This document shows, piece after piece, positions 44,386-52,869 of a stretch of 64,000 nucleotides of DNA. Position 1 is the first letter of the stretch; the number at the start of each line of letters is the position of its first letter. The stretch lies in sequence record KC690136; one strand, given 5' to 3'. Position numbers and translations under genes: made by a program. The notes under the pieces are model-generated. The model saw nothing but the letters and a program-made list of their open reading frames with translations, did not search any database and had not been told where the DNA came from. This stretch comes from Escherichia phage JES2013.

Positions 44386-44619
44386 TCAACTATTTTCAAA
44401 AAATTTTTCTGCTGTGATATTCTTCCCGGTAGGGTTCGCTACTTTCAAAATTTTATCATGCACTGGACGCCCAAAAGAATAAGCGCCGTACACAGTAAAC
44501 CAATAATCGCCGTCAGGTTGTACTATTACTGCCGCATATGGTACGCCTTTTTCGTTTTTGCTGACAAAATAGATCACGTTGCCATTAATAGCCTCGGCGC
44601 GTTTAATTTGTTCCATCAT
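44386..44619 (-). CDS. Hypothetical protein
   Basis: 77-aa ORF. Confidence 0.45.
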   Translation of the reverse strand: MMEQIKRAEAINGNVIYFVSKNEKGVPYAAVIVQPDGDYWFTVYGAYSFGRPVHDKILKVANPTGKNITAEKFFENS

Positions 44620-44675
44620 GATGATTTGCCTCTCTTTATTTTCATAATTGGGGGGCCTTTTCGGCCCCGCCAGGT

Positions 44676-44960
44676 TTATTTATTGATAGCGTGCAGCGGG
44701 AAAGGTACGCCAGGTTGATAGATAACCTTTACAACCTCATCAGGACAAAAGAAGTTGCAGAACTCACCGCAATAGGCCTCATCCTCTTTCAACTCTTCAT
44801 CAACATACTCAAAAAAGTAGTCGATGCTTGGATAATCTTGACCAGGGTTATAATCAACCATAGTGAGGACCAGTTCAAGATCATTGCGGATGATATGCAT
44901 ACCAGCTTTTAAATACTTCGCTTCCATTTTTACTACATCGCCAGCGGTAACAATAGCCAT
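44676..44960 (-). CDS. Hypothetical acidic protein
   Basis: Start refined to ATG after AGGAG (MAIVTAGD). Confidence 0.45.
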   Translation of the reverse strand: MAIVTAGDVVKMEAKYLKAGMHIIRNDLELVLTMVDYNPGQDYPSIDYFFEYVDEELKEDEAYCGEFCNFFCPDEVVKVIYQPGVPFPLHAINK

Positions 44961-45185
44961 GGTTTTAACTCCTGTTTCTGTTAATGATTGGAGGCATAAC
45001 CCCCCTCGACAACTCTTATTATCCATATTGTAGGGCTTGATGCAAGTACTTCTTTAAAAAATTTTTAAGTGCCTTGGAGGCCGCTGTAACGCCAAAATAA
45101 TAAAGGCCATGCAACCGCATAGCCTTTATGTGATTATATCGCTGCAGGCCCTGCTAGGGGCCTTATTTTGCATCATTTGCCGGAA

Positions 45186-45494
45186 CTATACAGAGAAAAC
45201 ATCGTTCACAATAGCGATCACAATGCCGCCCACCTTGTCACGGTCAACAATGCACAAATCACCATAGATCATGTGGTAGTCTGGATGATCTTTCACGGAA
45301 TAGTCAATGAGCGTTTTCTTGTCGTCCAGCTTTGTAACTTCCATTCTCATAACGATATGAGAATCATCAAAGGCATTATTCCGAAAAGTCATAGCCTGAC
45401 CACCAGGGCACCCAGTGATCTCCACTTCCACACCGTCTACGATCTGACCATCAAAGAAATAAAGATTATTAGCCAGGATAAACATGTTTATCAC
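45186..45494 (-). CDS. Hypothetical protein
   Basis: 102-aa ORF; AAGGAG SD. Confidence 0.5.
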   Translation of the reverse strand: MINMFILANNLYFFDGQIVDGVEVEITGCPGGQAMTFRNNAFDDSHIVMRMEVTKLDDKKTLIDYSVKDHPDYHMIYGDLCIVDRDKVGGIVIAIVNDVFSV

Positions 45495-45534
45495 TCCTTG
45501 TTAACTGCGTGTTATTTTACCACGATTAAAATTT

Positions 45535-45578
45535 ACTTTACTGATGGCCCTGGCGTCAAGGCCATCTAAAAATAAATT
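45535..45578 (-). promoter_or_regulatory. Conserved 45-bp module, copy 1: palindrome GATGGCC-N10-GGCCATC enclosing TTGACG, then TAAATT
   Basis: Near-identical to copies at 49277-49321 and 49898-49942; abuts upstream stop codon; read on minus strand. Confidence 0.5.
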
Positions 45579-45778
45579 TACAGGCCTACAATCTCTTTGA
45601 TTCGTTTAACTGCTGCCTCAGCGCCTTGGGGGTAGAAATTATGGTAACCGATCACGCGAGTGATACTAATCGCAGTTTGATGATCTTCATAATAGCCCTT
45701 GAAGATTTCTTGACCGTCAATCAGCACGGCAATTTTTTCTTCTTTTTTGAAGTTAATAACGCGGATATTGTTGCTCAT
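45578..45778 (-). CDS. Hypothetical protein
   Basis: 66-aa ORF. Confidence 0.45.
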   Translation of the reverse strand: MSNNIRVINFKKEEKIAVLIDGQEIFKGYYEDHQTAISITRVIGYHNFYPQGAEAAVKRIKEIVGL

Positions 45779-45919
45779 TTTGTTTCTCCTTTCTGGTTTT
45801 TGTGTTGGTGGGGATTAGCTCCCCGTTGATTATTATTATCCATATTTCGGACCGGATTGCAACACCCCGGAAGAAAAATTTTTTGAAAAAGTTAGGCCCC
45901 CAGGGATCGGGGGCCGTTA

Positions 45920-46039
45920 TCAGTTACTTACAGCGATAAAATACATCCCTACGCCTAACAATATTTCAAGGGCGATGATCTCAAGCCATACCATAACCCG
46001 GCGCACCTTATCGGTGCGGGGCTTATCCTTGGTTGTCAT
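45920..46039 (-). CDS. Small membrane peptide (39 aa)
   Basis: sORF MTTKDKPRTDKVRRVMVWLEIIALEILLGVGMYFIAVSN; strong SD AGGGGGAG. Confidence 0.3.
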   Translation of the reverse strand: MTTKDKPRTDKVRRVMVWLEIIALEILLGVGMYFIAVSN

Positions 46040-46281
46040 CGTCTCCCCCTTTCATCCTGGTAGTAGTGACGTGGTTTACAATGGCCCCCAGGAGTACCAT
46101 CACCACGCACATCACAAGAAAAATTATCTCTGTCGTTGTTCGATCCATTGTTATAAAATTCCTTAAGATCAGGCCTGAAAATAAAGCGTTCGTTATTGAA
46201 TCCATCACGCCAGGCGGCTGGCTTCAAATCTTCATCAAAGGGATTAATTAACGTGGTATTATTTAAACGGCTGGCCCACAT
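46036..46281 (-). CDS. Hypothetical Asn-rich protein (uncertain frame)
   Basis: One of two overlapping candidate frames between 46040 and 46258; no motif support. Confidence 0.25.
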   Translation of the reverse strand: MWASRLNNTTLINPFDEDLKPAAWRDGFNNERFIFRPDLKEFYNNGSNNDRDNFSCDVRGDGTPGGHCKPRHYYQDERGRR

Positions 46282-46630
46282 ATTTTCTATTCCTCTCAAA
46301 TAGGCGATCCGCCTCAGTTAAACAAATCTCATGGGCGTGATCTCTGGTTTTAGCTTCATCGAAAACCTGTTGTGCAAGGCTGCAGCGTAGGGAGACTGGA
46401 AGATCACTATAATAGGCGTTGACAAATGTTTGCGCGTCATACAGGTCGGAAAATACTTTACCCTTTCTATTATCGCCTTTGTCAACAATTGCAAGGATAA
46501 CAAGTACAATAGTTGCAACCACCCCCAGGAAAATAGATATAATAAACCATAAAAAGGCGGATCTACCCATCTTGCCAGCGATCCAGGCGTTAAACAAGGC
46601 AACTAATACGGCCAAAATAATAAATTCCAT
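46259..46630 (-). CDS. Membrane protein (two predicted TM helices)
   Basis: FIILAVLVALFNAWIAG and FLWFIISIFLGVVATIVLVILAIV; start refined to ATG after GAGGT. Confidence 0.5.
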   Translation of the reverse strand: MEFIILAVLVALFNAWIAGKMGRSAFLWFIISIFLGVVATIVLVILAIVDKGDNRKGKVFSDLYDAQTFVNAYYSDLPVSLRCSLAQQVFDEAKTRDHAHEICLTEADRLFERNRKYVGQPFK

Positions 46631-46694
46631 TCTATGTACCTCTTTTGCAGTTCTGTTTAACAATAAGGCGGCAAATATGCCGCCTGTTACCTGA

Positions 46695-47075
46695 TTAAAA
46701 ATTATCGCCGTAAATCTTTCCGCTTTCTGCCCACACCACCACGCGGGGCATACTATCCCACACGTCTTGTTTTAGATTGAGCGCGTGCAATTCTTCGGTG
46801 GTGCCCATACCAGGCACGGGCTGATTGTATACTGCAAAACGACCACCTGCATAATCATAGGCCAGGGTTAAATCACACTGAATCATCTTTTTGATCATGG
46901 CGTTGAGCATAGCGTTAGCCGCATACTGGTCACGTTTTAAAGGCAACTCTTTGATTAGTTTGCGATAGTTTTCAATGTGATCGCACACTGTTTCACGTGG
47001 AAGATCTTTCATATCCTCGCGAAAGGTAACCAGGTTAAACATAACGGTGTCAATAGCTTTAGTAGTGTTTTTCAT
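46695..47075 (-). CDS. Hypothetical protein
   Basis: 126-aa ORF. Confidence 0.5.
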   Translation of the reverse strand: MKNTTKAIDTVMFNLVTFREDMKDLPRETVCDHIENYRKLIKELPLKRDQYAANAMLNAMIKKMIQCDLTLAYDYAGGRFAVYNQPVPGMGTTEELHALNLKQDVWDSMPRVVVWAESGKIYGDNF

Positions 47076-47166
47076 AATGTTTTCCTCTTTGTTTTGTGTG
47101 GGGCAAACGTCTTGCCCCCCCTTGAGTTTTAATATAGCAAGTTTTTAGATTATTGCAACACTTTAT

Positions 47167-47790
47167 TTATGAAAAACTCATCTCTCCATATTCATCCACA
47201 TCAAACCGCCAATCATTGGCCTCAATAAGGCCGATCAGGTTTTCGGTAGTGAACTGTTCTAGATAGGCCTCCTCCAGGTCTACGTAAACCTTGCGGGATA
47301 GCTCCCGTACCGTCTCGGTGATCAGCTCTTCCAGGTCTTCCACTTTGTTTTCTTGTTTGGCGGTCAGATCTAGCCAGGTGGTATCAATGTATCCGCTTAC
47401 AGTGTTTTCATGGCTGTAATGGCTGTACTTGTCGCGTTCAATACTGGCTGATAACTCGCCATCGTGCATTGTGCCAAACAAGTGACGAATTGATCGGAAC
47501 TTGGTCAGGGCCTTTACTTTACGCAAGAATTTTTCTAAATCCACGTTTTCAGCACTGATTGACGCGCCGTCACCCTGGCACCAAAAGCCGGACCAATGTA
47601 CATCGGTATCTTCAAGGCCGTACTCTGGAAAAACTTGCTCTTTATAATATTCAATTACACTTTCTGCGAAAAAATCCTCTCCGCTGTGTTCTTCTCTTTC
47701 GCGGACCATTTCAATAGCTTTTTCTTTTTGTTCGTCGGTCAGCACGTCGAAAGATAAATTGCAACCTGTGGTAATGTTAACGGTGGTCAT
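47167..47790 (-). CDS. Hypothetical acidic protein
   Basis: 207-aa ORF; no recognised motif. Confidence 0.5.
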   Translation of the reverse strand: MTTVNITTGCNLSFDVLTDEQKEKAIEMVREREEHSGEDFFAESVIEYYKEQVFPEYGLEDTDVHWSGFWCQGDGASISAENVDLEKFLRKVKALTKFRSIRHLFGTMHDGELSASIERDKYSHYSHENTVSGYIDTTWLDLTAKQENKVEDLEELITETVRELSRKVYVDLEEAYLEQFTTENLIGLIEANDWRFDVDEYGEMSFS

Positions 47791-47819
47791 GATATTTTCT
47801 CCTGTTTTCTTTGTTAGTG

Positions 47820-47838
47820 GCGGGAAGTTTTCCCGCCT
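47820..47838 (-). promoter_or_regulatory. 5'-UTR stem-loop GGCGGGAA-aac-TTCCCGCC between promoter and RBS
   Basis: Perfect 8-bp stem; same architecture upstream of 49664 and 50339 genes. Confidence 0.5.
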
Positions 47839-47847
47839 GTGTTTTTA

Positions 47848-47875
47848 ATTATACTTATTGAGATTTACTTGTCAA
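47848..47875 (-). promoter_or_regulatory. Sigma70-like promoter TTGACA-N16-TATAAT (minus strand)
   Basis: Consensus hexamers on the reverse complement, upstream of 47790 start. Confidence 0.5.
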
Positions 47876-48125
47876 CACTATTTTTTAAATTATTGTGGCG
47901 CAAAATGTTTAAAATCTCTTCAACGTCATCAACACGGCGGCAATTTTTAAACGCTACCAATTGCCCCATGATTTTAATCACTGGGCGGCCTTGCCAGTGC
48001 CCCTGGAGAAAGCGCGCCTTGACTTTATCAGTGGAACTATCACGCCACCAAACGGCCTTGTTATTGCAGTAGTAAAAATTATTCAGGACAATATCAACTT
48101 TATCAAAATTTTTTAATTTACGCAT
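47865..48125 (-). CDS. Hypothetical protein
   Basis: 86-aa ORF. Confidence 0.45.
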   Translation of the reverse strand: MRKLKNFDKVDIVLNNFYYCNNKAVWWRDSSTDKVKARFLQGHWQGRPVIKIMGQLVAFKNCRRVDDVEEILNILRHNNLKNSVDK

Positions 48126-48370
48126 AGTGTTTACTCCTTCCTTCTTGCTTTGATGTGGTTAGTATATCCGGACTATTCCAAGGTGTCAAGCTTTAAATAA
48201 AATCACTGTCAATGATATTTTTAACACCATAAAACGGCCCTGGGTGATGTTTTCAGGCTAAGAAAGGGGATTGCATAGGTAGGGGCTTTTGTGGCGTTTG
48301 TGGGGCCAACCAGGGGCGCTATTCGTAGGATAGAAATAAAAAGCCCCGCACAATGGCGGGGCGTTGGTTG

Positions 48371-48568
48371 TTATTTGTCTTTATGGCGGTATCGTTCCGC
48401 TTGTCGTTCACGTTCCAAAAGTAGGCCCGGCAATTTACGATCATAATGATTCCGCCAGATCTTCCCAAATCTTTTTGGCTTATTCAGTTTATTGTTGCGC
48501 TGGCGGCGTTCCGGCAACTCTTCGGAATCATGAGATCGCTTTACAATTTTCTCAAAATTAATCTTCAT
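48371..48568 (-). CDS. Hypothetical basic protein
   Basis: 65-aa Arg/Lys-rich ORF. Confidence 0.4.
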   Translation of the reverse strand: MKINFEKIVKRSHDSEELPERRQRNNKLNKPKRFGKIWRNHYDRKLPGLLLERERQAERYRHKDK

Positions 48569-48930
48569 ATATTCCCACCCTTGCTAACTTCAATATTGGC
48601 CTGAATCGCCCGGATACGGCGTTTTATAACCTCCTGATCCGTGCAATCGTATCCCCAAAAGTCTACAATTTTCGCGCCGCCAGCTTTTAAGCGGTATAAT
48701 GTTTCTTGCATTTTGTAAGCTGGGATCGGTCGCGGTGTTACCTGGTCGCCTTTTTCATCCTTGTACTTGATTATGTAGTCCTCGTTGTCGTTGAATACCC
48801 AAAAAGGGTACTCTGTAAGGGCGTTGCTTTCTTTTTCGTTTTTAGATTGGATCTTGTTTACAATTAAAGCCGTAGCAATAGCGCCAATAATAAAACTAGC
48901 CCCGCTGATCATGTTACTTTCTCCTTTCAT
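48565..48930 (-). CDS. Membrane-anchored protein
   Basis: N-terminal TM ISGASFIIGAIATALIV. Confidence 0.45.
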   Translation of the reverse strand: MKGESNMISGASFIIGAIATALIVNKIQSKNEKESNALTEYPFWVFNDNEDYIIKYKDEKGDQVTPRPIPAYKMQETLYRLKAGGAKIVDFWGYDCTDQEVIKRRIRAIQANIEVSKGGNI

Positions 48931-48987
48931 TGTGTTGATAAACTATCTTTATAGATGGCCCTGTTACCAGGACCACCGAAAAAATAA

Positions 48988-49233
48988 CTATTTCACAATG
49001 CCTACAAAACAGATCCCGCCTTCACCTATATAGGCAATATCGGTAATTTTATAATTTGTCAAGATCCGCGTGTTCAGATCATTAATAAAATCGGTCATCG
49101 CGTTGGTGTAGTTGTCTTCCGTGTCTAAGGCATAATCCCAGGTGTAAACCTTTTTACGTCCGAAGCCTTTTACCATGATACGGGCGCTTTTGGTGTTGGT
49201 AGGGGCATAATATTTGGTGATTAGTGCTGCCAT
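48988..49233 (-). CDS. Hypothetical protein
   Basis: 81-aa ORF; GGAG SD. Confidence 0.45.
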   Translation of the reverse strand: MAALITKYYAPTNTKSARIMVKGFGRKKVYTWDYALDTEDNYTNAMTDFINDLNTRILTNYKITDIAYIGEGGICFVGIVK

Positions 49234-49276
49234 GGTTTTAACTCCTCTGAATTAGTTCAGTGTTAACAGTATAAAG

Positions 49277-49321
49277 TTTACTTTATTGATGGCCCTGAAG
49301 TCAAGGCCATCTAAAAATAAA
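49277..49321 (-). promoter_or_regulatory. Conserved 45-bp module, copy 2: GATGGCC-N10-GGCCATC around TTGACT, then TAAACT
   Basis: Same element as 45535-45578; abuts stop of 49323..49664. Confidence 0.5.
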
Positions 49322-49322
49322 C

Positions 49323-49664
49323 TTACTCGTTTTCTTCCAGCTCCGCAAGCTCTTCTTTTGCTTCTTCTAACTCTGTCTGTAGTTCCTGGTATTCTTCATC
49401 GTCCTCAATATCCAGGCTGTCGATGTAGTCGCTAAATCCGCAGCGGTAAGCGATAGGATCTAGCTCCTTGAGGATACGCGACGGAAGAAAAGAAATGTTT
49501 CCGATCATAATTTCGCCGTAGATCTCGTCTAACCATTCATCATAGTTTTCGTCGTACTTGTCCTCGTCGATTTCAAAGTTATCGATCTTGTTCTCAAGGT
49601 CTGCGATCTGTTTTTTCAGCGCGGCGATCTGCATAGCTTTTTCTGCGGCGGTCATAGTAGTCAT
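49323..49664 (-). CDS. Hypothetical acidic coiled-coil protein
   Basis: 113-aa ORF; preceded by promoter TTGACA-N16-TATACT and hairpin GGGAA-aac-TTCCC. Confidence 0.5.
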   Translation of the reverse strand: MTTMTAAEKAMQIAALKKQIADLENKIDNFEIDEDKYDENYDEWLDEIYGEIMIGNISFLPSRILKELDPIAYRCGFSDYIDSLDIEDDEEYQELQTELEEAKEELAELEENE

Positions 49665-49743
49665 GGTGTTTTCTCCTTTTGTGTGCTCTGGGAAGTTTTC
49701 CCGTTTACGTGTTTAAGTATAGCGATCTAAGTTAGTTTGTCAA

Positions 49744-49863
49744 TTAAAAATTTAAGAAAAATTTTGCAAAACTGTTAGCGCTACTCATTAACATTTGCGC
49801 CAGGATGTAACCAATGATGCAAACGATAATAGTTACCTTTGTGTGCTGGCGTGTAGTACTCAT
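49744..49863 (-). CDS. Small membrane peptide (39 aa)
   Basis: sORF MSTTRQHTKVTIIVCIIGYILAQMLMSSANSFAKFFLNF; SD GAAAGGGGGG. Confidence 0.3.
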   Translation of the reverse strand: MSTTRQHTKVTIIVCIIGYILAQMLMSSANSFAKFFLNF

Positions 49864-49897
49864 CTTTAAGCCCCCCTTTCCGCTCAACTGTGGTTAG

Positions 49898-49942
49898 TTT
49901 ACTTTATTGATGGCCCTGGAGTCAAGGCCATCTAAAAATAAA
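49898..49942 (-). promoter_or_regulatory. Conserved 45-bp module, copy 3: GATGGCC-N10-GGCCATC around TTGACT, then TAAACT
   Basis: Same element; abuts stop of 49944..50339. Confidence 0.5.
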
Positions 49943-49943
49943 C

Positions 49944-50339
49944 TCAGTACGTTTTCAGTACTTTCCCGTCCAACCTGTCTAACTGAATCTCAATAGCTGC
50001 AGAAAACCTATTGTAAACCACATCGCCCAAGGAGTCCAGCCAATCTATAACGTTATACACCTGCTCTTTATTCTTGCAAGTCCGGATCCGTTTCATTACG
50101 TAAGACGGATCAATATTAGTACTCCCGTTGTTGTGGTCATGCGCCTGGCCTGCTGCACTGGTTATAGATTTTACAACCACCTGAAAGGGCTTTAAGGTGC
50201 CTTTTGCGTTCATCTCACGCGCTTTTGCGGCGCGGTTGTTATATGTTACACAACGGCGGCAAATGTTGAATAAATGCATGTCAATAATTTTTTCATCGTT
50301 TGCCAGTTCGTTCATGATGCGGCGTACGTTCTTATTCAT
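49944..50339 (-). CDS. Hypothetical protein
   Basis: 131-aa ORF; upstream promoter TTGACA-N16-TAAACT and hairpin GGCGGGA-aaca-TCCCGCC. Confidence 0.5.
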   Translation of the reverse strand: MNKNVRRIMNELANDEKIIDMHLFNICRRCVTYNNRAAKAREMNAKGTLKPFQVVVKSITSAAGQAHDHNNGSTNIDPSYVMKRIRTCKNKEQVYNVIDWLDSLGDVVYNRFSAAIEIQLDRLDGKVLKTY

Positions 50340-50422
50340 AGCTTTTCCTCTGTGTTGGCGGGATGTTTCCCGCCTTTTGTGTCTAGTTTACTTGAATTTT
50401 GCAGCGTGTCAATAATTTTTTT

Positions 50423-50821
50423 TTATTCGTGGGCACATGTTACAATGTGCTTTTTATAGCCCAGGTGGGCAGCAAGTGCCGCCAAAAACTCATCTTCATA
50501 GATCCAGCCGTTGGCAGTGATCCCCATAGCATTTAATGCGCTCTCAAGTGCTGCGTTAGCTTTATCATAACCGTGACCGCTCGCCTTGCCGCCAGTATAA
50601 CCGTACTTATTGTTCTTGTTGTCGTGTATCCAAAAAACGCAGTAGTTAGTGTTACCGCTGGCGGCGGCATAGTACCGGATCTCCGCTACTTCGTGCAAAT
50701 TATTATCATCGTCCAGGCCAACCAGATTATAAGCCTTGTAAAATCCACGATCACGGCGGCAGTTCTTGACATCAGAAAAAGAGAAGTCGGCATTGTCAAA
50801 ATTAAAGGTTGTGGTTTTCAT
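50423..50821 (-). CDS. Hypothetical protein
   Basis: 132-aa ORF; upstream TTGACA-N17-TATACT. Confidence 0.5.
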   Translation of the reverse strand: MKTTTFNFDNADFSFSDVKNCRRDRGFYKAYNLVGLDDDNNLHEVAEIRYYAAASGNTNYCVFWIHDNKNNKYGYTGGKASGHGYDKANAALESALNAMGITANGWIYEDEFLAALAAHLGYKKHIVTCAHE

Positions 50822-50885
50822 GATTTTATCCTCTTAGTGTCTTTTGTGATTTCAGTATATTTTGTGTCGGGGCGTATGTCAATAC

Positions 50886-51083
50886 TTATTTTTTATTAAA
50901 CCAGTGATTGATCTGACCTTTTGTCAGGGCGCAACGATTAAGCTGTTGCAGGGTATAGCTATGACCGCGACGAAATTTATAAAGGCCTTGCCCGTTGTTG
51001 ATGGTTACATCCACCAGGCAAACCACTTGATCGGTGACCACCTGGCGAGTGTTGCGACGTACTTTGATTCCGTATGCGTTCAT
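50886..51083 (-). CDS. Hypothetical protein
   Basis: 65-aa ORF. Confidence 0.4.
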   Translation of the reverse strand: MNAYGIKVRRNTRQVVTDQVVCLVDVTINNGQGLYKFRRGHSYTLQQLNRCALTKGQINHWFNKK

Positions 51084-51161
51084 GATTTTTTATCCTCTCT
51101 GTTAATTAGTGTGGTGTTGTTCACCTTGCGAGGATAAGAATAACAAGAACTGTCCGAGCTG

Positions 51162-51323
51162 TCAACCATTAGTTAAAATTATTTTTGCCCCTGCCAGGTT
51201 AACCATCATTTTTTCGTACTCTTCTTTATGTTCCAACGCTCCCGCCATAGCCTTTTCAACCAGGGCGATAGCCTCAGCGTCATTAATAGCTACATTTTCC
51301 AGGGGGATCATATTACCTTTCAT
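51162..51323 (-). CDS. Hypothetical small protein (53 aa)
   Basis: sORF MKGNMIPLENVAINDAEAIALVEKAMAGALEHKEEYEKMMVNLAGAKIILTNG; strong SD GGGGAGG; preferred over antisense track ORF 51109..51360. Confidence 0.4.
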   Translation of the reverse strand: MKGNMIPLENVAINDAEAIALVEKAMAGALEHKEEYEKMMVNLAGAKIILTNG

Positions 51324-51590
51324 TTTTGTACCTCCCCTTCAATTGTTACCTATCCTATAGCATAGGCCCACCAGGTTTACAAGCCTTCATTCTCTCCTGC
51401 CTGGTCAGTTAGGTCCTGCCAGGCTGGCCCCGCCAGGTTGCAGCGGTTAGCGCATCAGGTTAGAAAAATTTTTTGAAAAGTGTTGACAGCGGCCCCGCCA
51501 GGTGGCACAATATACCTATCGAAAGGACGGCAGGCACCGGTGACGGGGGAGGCAACCACCGGGGATGGACGCTGCATAAAATGAGAACGG

Positions 51591-51601
51591 TTATCATTAT
51601 C
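51591..51601. promoter_or_regulatory. Fur-box-like motif TTATCATTATC (module 1)
   Basis: Exact 11-mer of the reverse complement of E. coli Fur consensus GATAATGATAATCATTATC. Confidence 0.3.
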
Positions 51602-51718
51602 ATTTAAAAATTTATGCAAAAAATCCTTGCTTTCTTTGTCCTGTGTGATACTATAATAACAAGCCGGGGCAACAGGGGCCGGGAGACAATCACCGGGCCT
51701 GCCCGTTATTCTGCAAAC

Positions 51719-51735
51719 GAGAATGATTATCATTC
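51719..51735. promoter_or_regulatory. Fur-box-like 7-1-7 palindrome GAGAATGATTATCATTC (module 2)
   Basis: GAATGAT-T-ATCATTC perfect inverted repeat; contains AATGATTATCATT, an exact 13-mer of the Fur consensus reverse complement. Confidence 0.3.
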
Positions 51736-51864
51736 AAAATTCTAAATGAGAACTCCTCGCATTTAATAAATTTAATTAGCATGCTAATTACCCTCCGTAA
51801 CAATTTCCTATAAAACAGTATCCCATAAAATATTTCCATATAGAAATTTTAAAAATCCATTTCT

Positions 51865-52027
51865 GAAAACGAAAAATCGATTTCGTCCCCAAAAATTTCA
51901 GGTCGAGATCCGGAACGATTTCCAGAAAATCCGATTTAGAAAACGAAAAACAGATCGAGTACTGAGAAATTTATCGAGAAAAATTTTCAGAAAATTCAAT
52001 CTTTGAAACGAAAAACAGATCGAGTAC
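51865..52027. repeat. Direct repeats GAAA(A)CGAAAAACAGATCGAGTAC (two near-exact copies plus one degenerate)
   Basis: Copies at 51939-51962 and 52005-52027; degenerate copy 51865-51880; AAATCCATTTTAG also repeated nearby. Confidence 0.55.
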
Positions 52028-52339
52028 CTGGAAAGCTGCACTGCAACTTCAAGATAGTGGTTAGATTATTACCATAAAAGGTCAAGGGTAAGTGGAGGAA
52101 GTTCTAGTAGAAGGATGTGAGCATGTGTGGGAAATCTATAATGGTGGCCTGGAATATGGTGCAAACGATAGGATGAGTTATTCAGCTTGTCGCGCCTACT
52201 CTGAAAAATCCATTTTAGTTTTCGATCCATTTTCTGATTTTCTAAGAATTTTAAAATATCCAGCCCGGTGAAATATCAAAAGGAGGAAATCCATTTTAGA
52301 AATCCCCCTTATACTTGATATGCCAGGAATTTTCAAGTA

Positions 52340-52669
52340 TCAGTTGTCTTTGTTTTTAGGTTTGTACATGCGCAGAGGTATGGTCTTTGTAACATTCCAT
52401 TTCCTCAACCCTTCCCAGCTCCAGTTGTGGGCGTGGTATCCGGTTATGCATGCACTACTGGAGTGATCGTAAGCATAAGAGAACGCTAAGCGCACCAGGT
52501 GGGGCCAGTCCTTCCATGGTTGTGGACCGTAAGCTTTTCTCCAACACCGACACAAACTAAATGTCTCAAGGATAGGAAGGATAACAAACCCATACACTGT
52601 CACCAAAATAGTCAGTGCAATGATTGTCAGGAACACATACCCTGCAGTTGAAATGATGATCTCTGTCAT
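52340..52669 (-). CDS. Membrane protein
   Basis: N-terminal hydrophobic stretch TAGYVFLTIIALTILVTVYGFVILPIL. Confidence 0.45.
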   Translation of the reverse strand: MTEIIISTAGYVFLTIIALTILVTVYGFVILPILETFSLCRCWRKAYGPQPWKDWPHLVRLAFSYAYDHSSSACITGYHAHNWSWEGLRKWNVTKTIPLRMYKPKNKDN

Positions 52670-52869
52670 TTGTCGTCCCCTTTCTTACGGATATAGATGT
52701 GAGAACCTGCCTGTATATAAATTTCTCGACCATCTTCTGCGAAGATGTGGAATACACGGTCACCTTCGTACTCAATACGAGATATCTTCATAATGGTCTT
52801 TCCACCTGGGATACGGATCTCGTCCCCCACAGCGATGTTCCATGCAGATTTAAGCTTAAACATCTGCAC
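52666..52869 (-). CDS. Hypothetical protein
   Basis: 67-aa ORF. Confidence 0.4.
   Translation of the reverse strand: MQMFKLKSAWNIAVGDEIRIPGGKTIMKISRIEYEGDRVFHIFAEDGREIYIQAGSHIYIRKKGDDK

Noticed and set aside
45535-45578. GATGGCC...GGCCATC modules as rho-independent terminators
   Set aside because: The T-rich run precedes rather than follows the stem on the coding (minus) strand and the loop is 10 nt; a promoter/operator or processing role fits better, though termination is not excluded
47167-47790. Anti-restriction (ArdA-like) assignment for the 207-aa acidic protein
   Set aside because: The acidic composition is suggestive, but I found no motif-level similarity to ArdA or Ocr; left as hypothetical
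51109-51360. Plus-strand 83-aa track ORF
   Set aside because: It is antisense to a minus-strand sORF that has a strong SD and fits the local leftward gene orientation; its product is low-complexity
51455-51733. Minus-strand 92-aa track ORF in the non-coding island
   Set aside because: It spans both duplicated modules and the Fur-box-like palindromes, has a Pro/Ala-rich low-complexity product and no RBS
51865-52027. Possible CRISPR array suggested by direct repeats
   Set aside because: Only two near-exact 24-bp copies plus one degenerate copy with unequal spacing; no regular repeat-spacer periodicity and no cas genes
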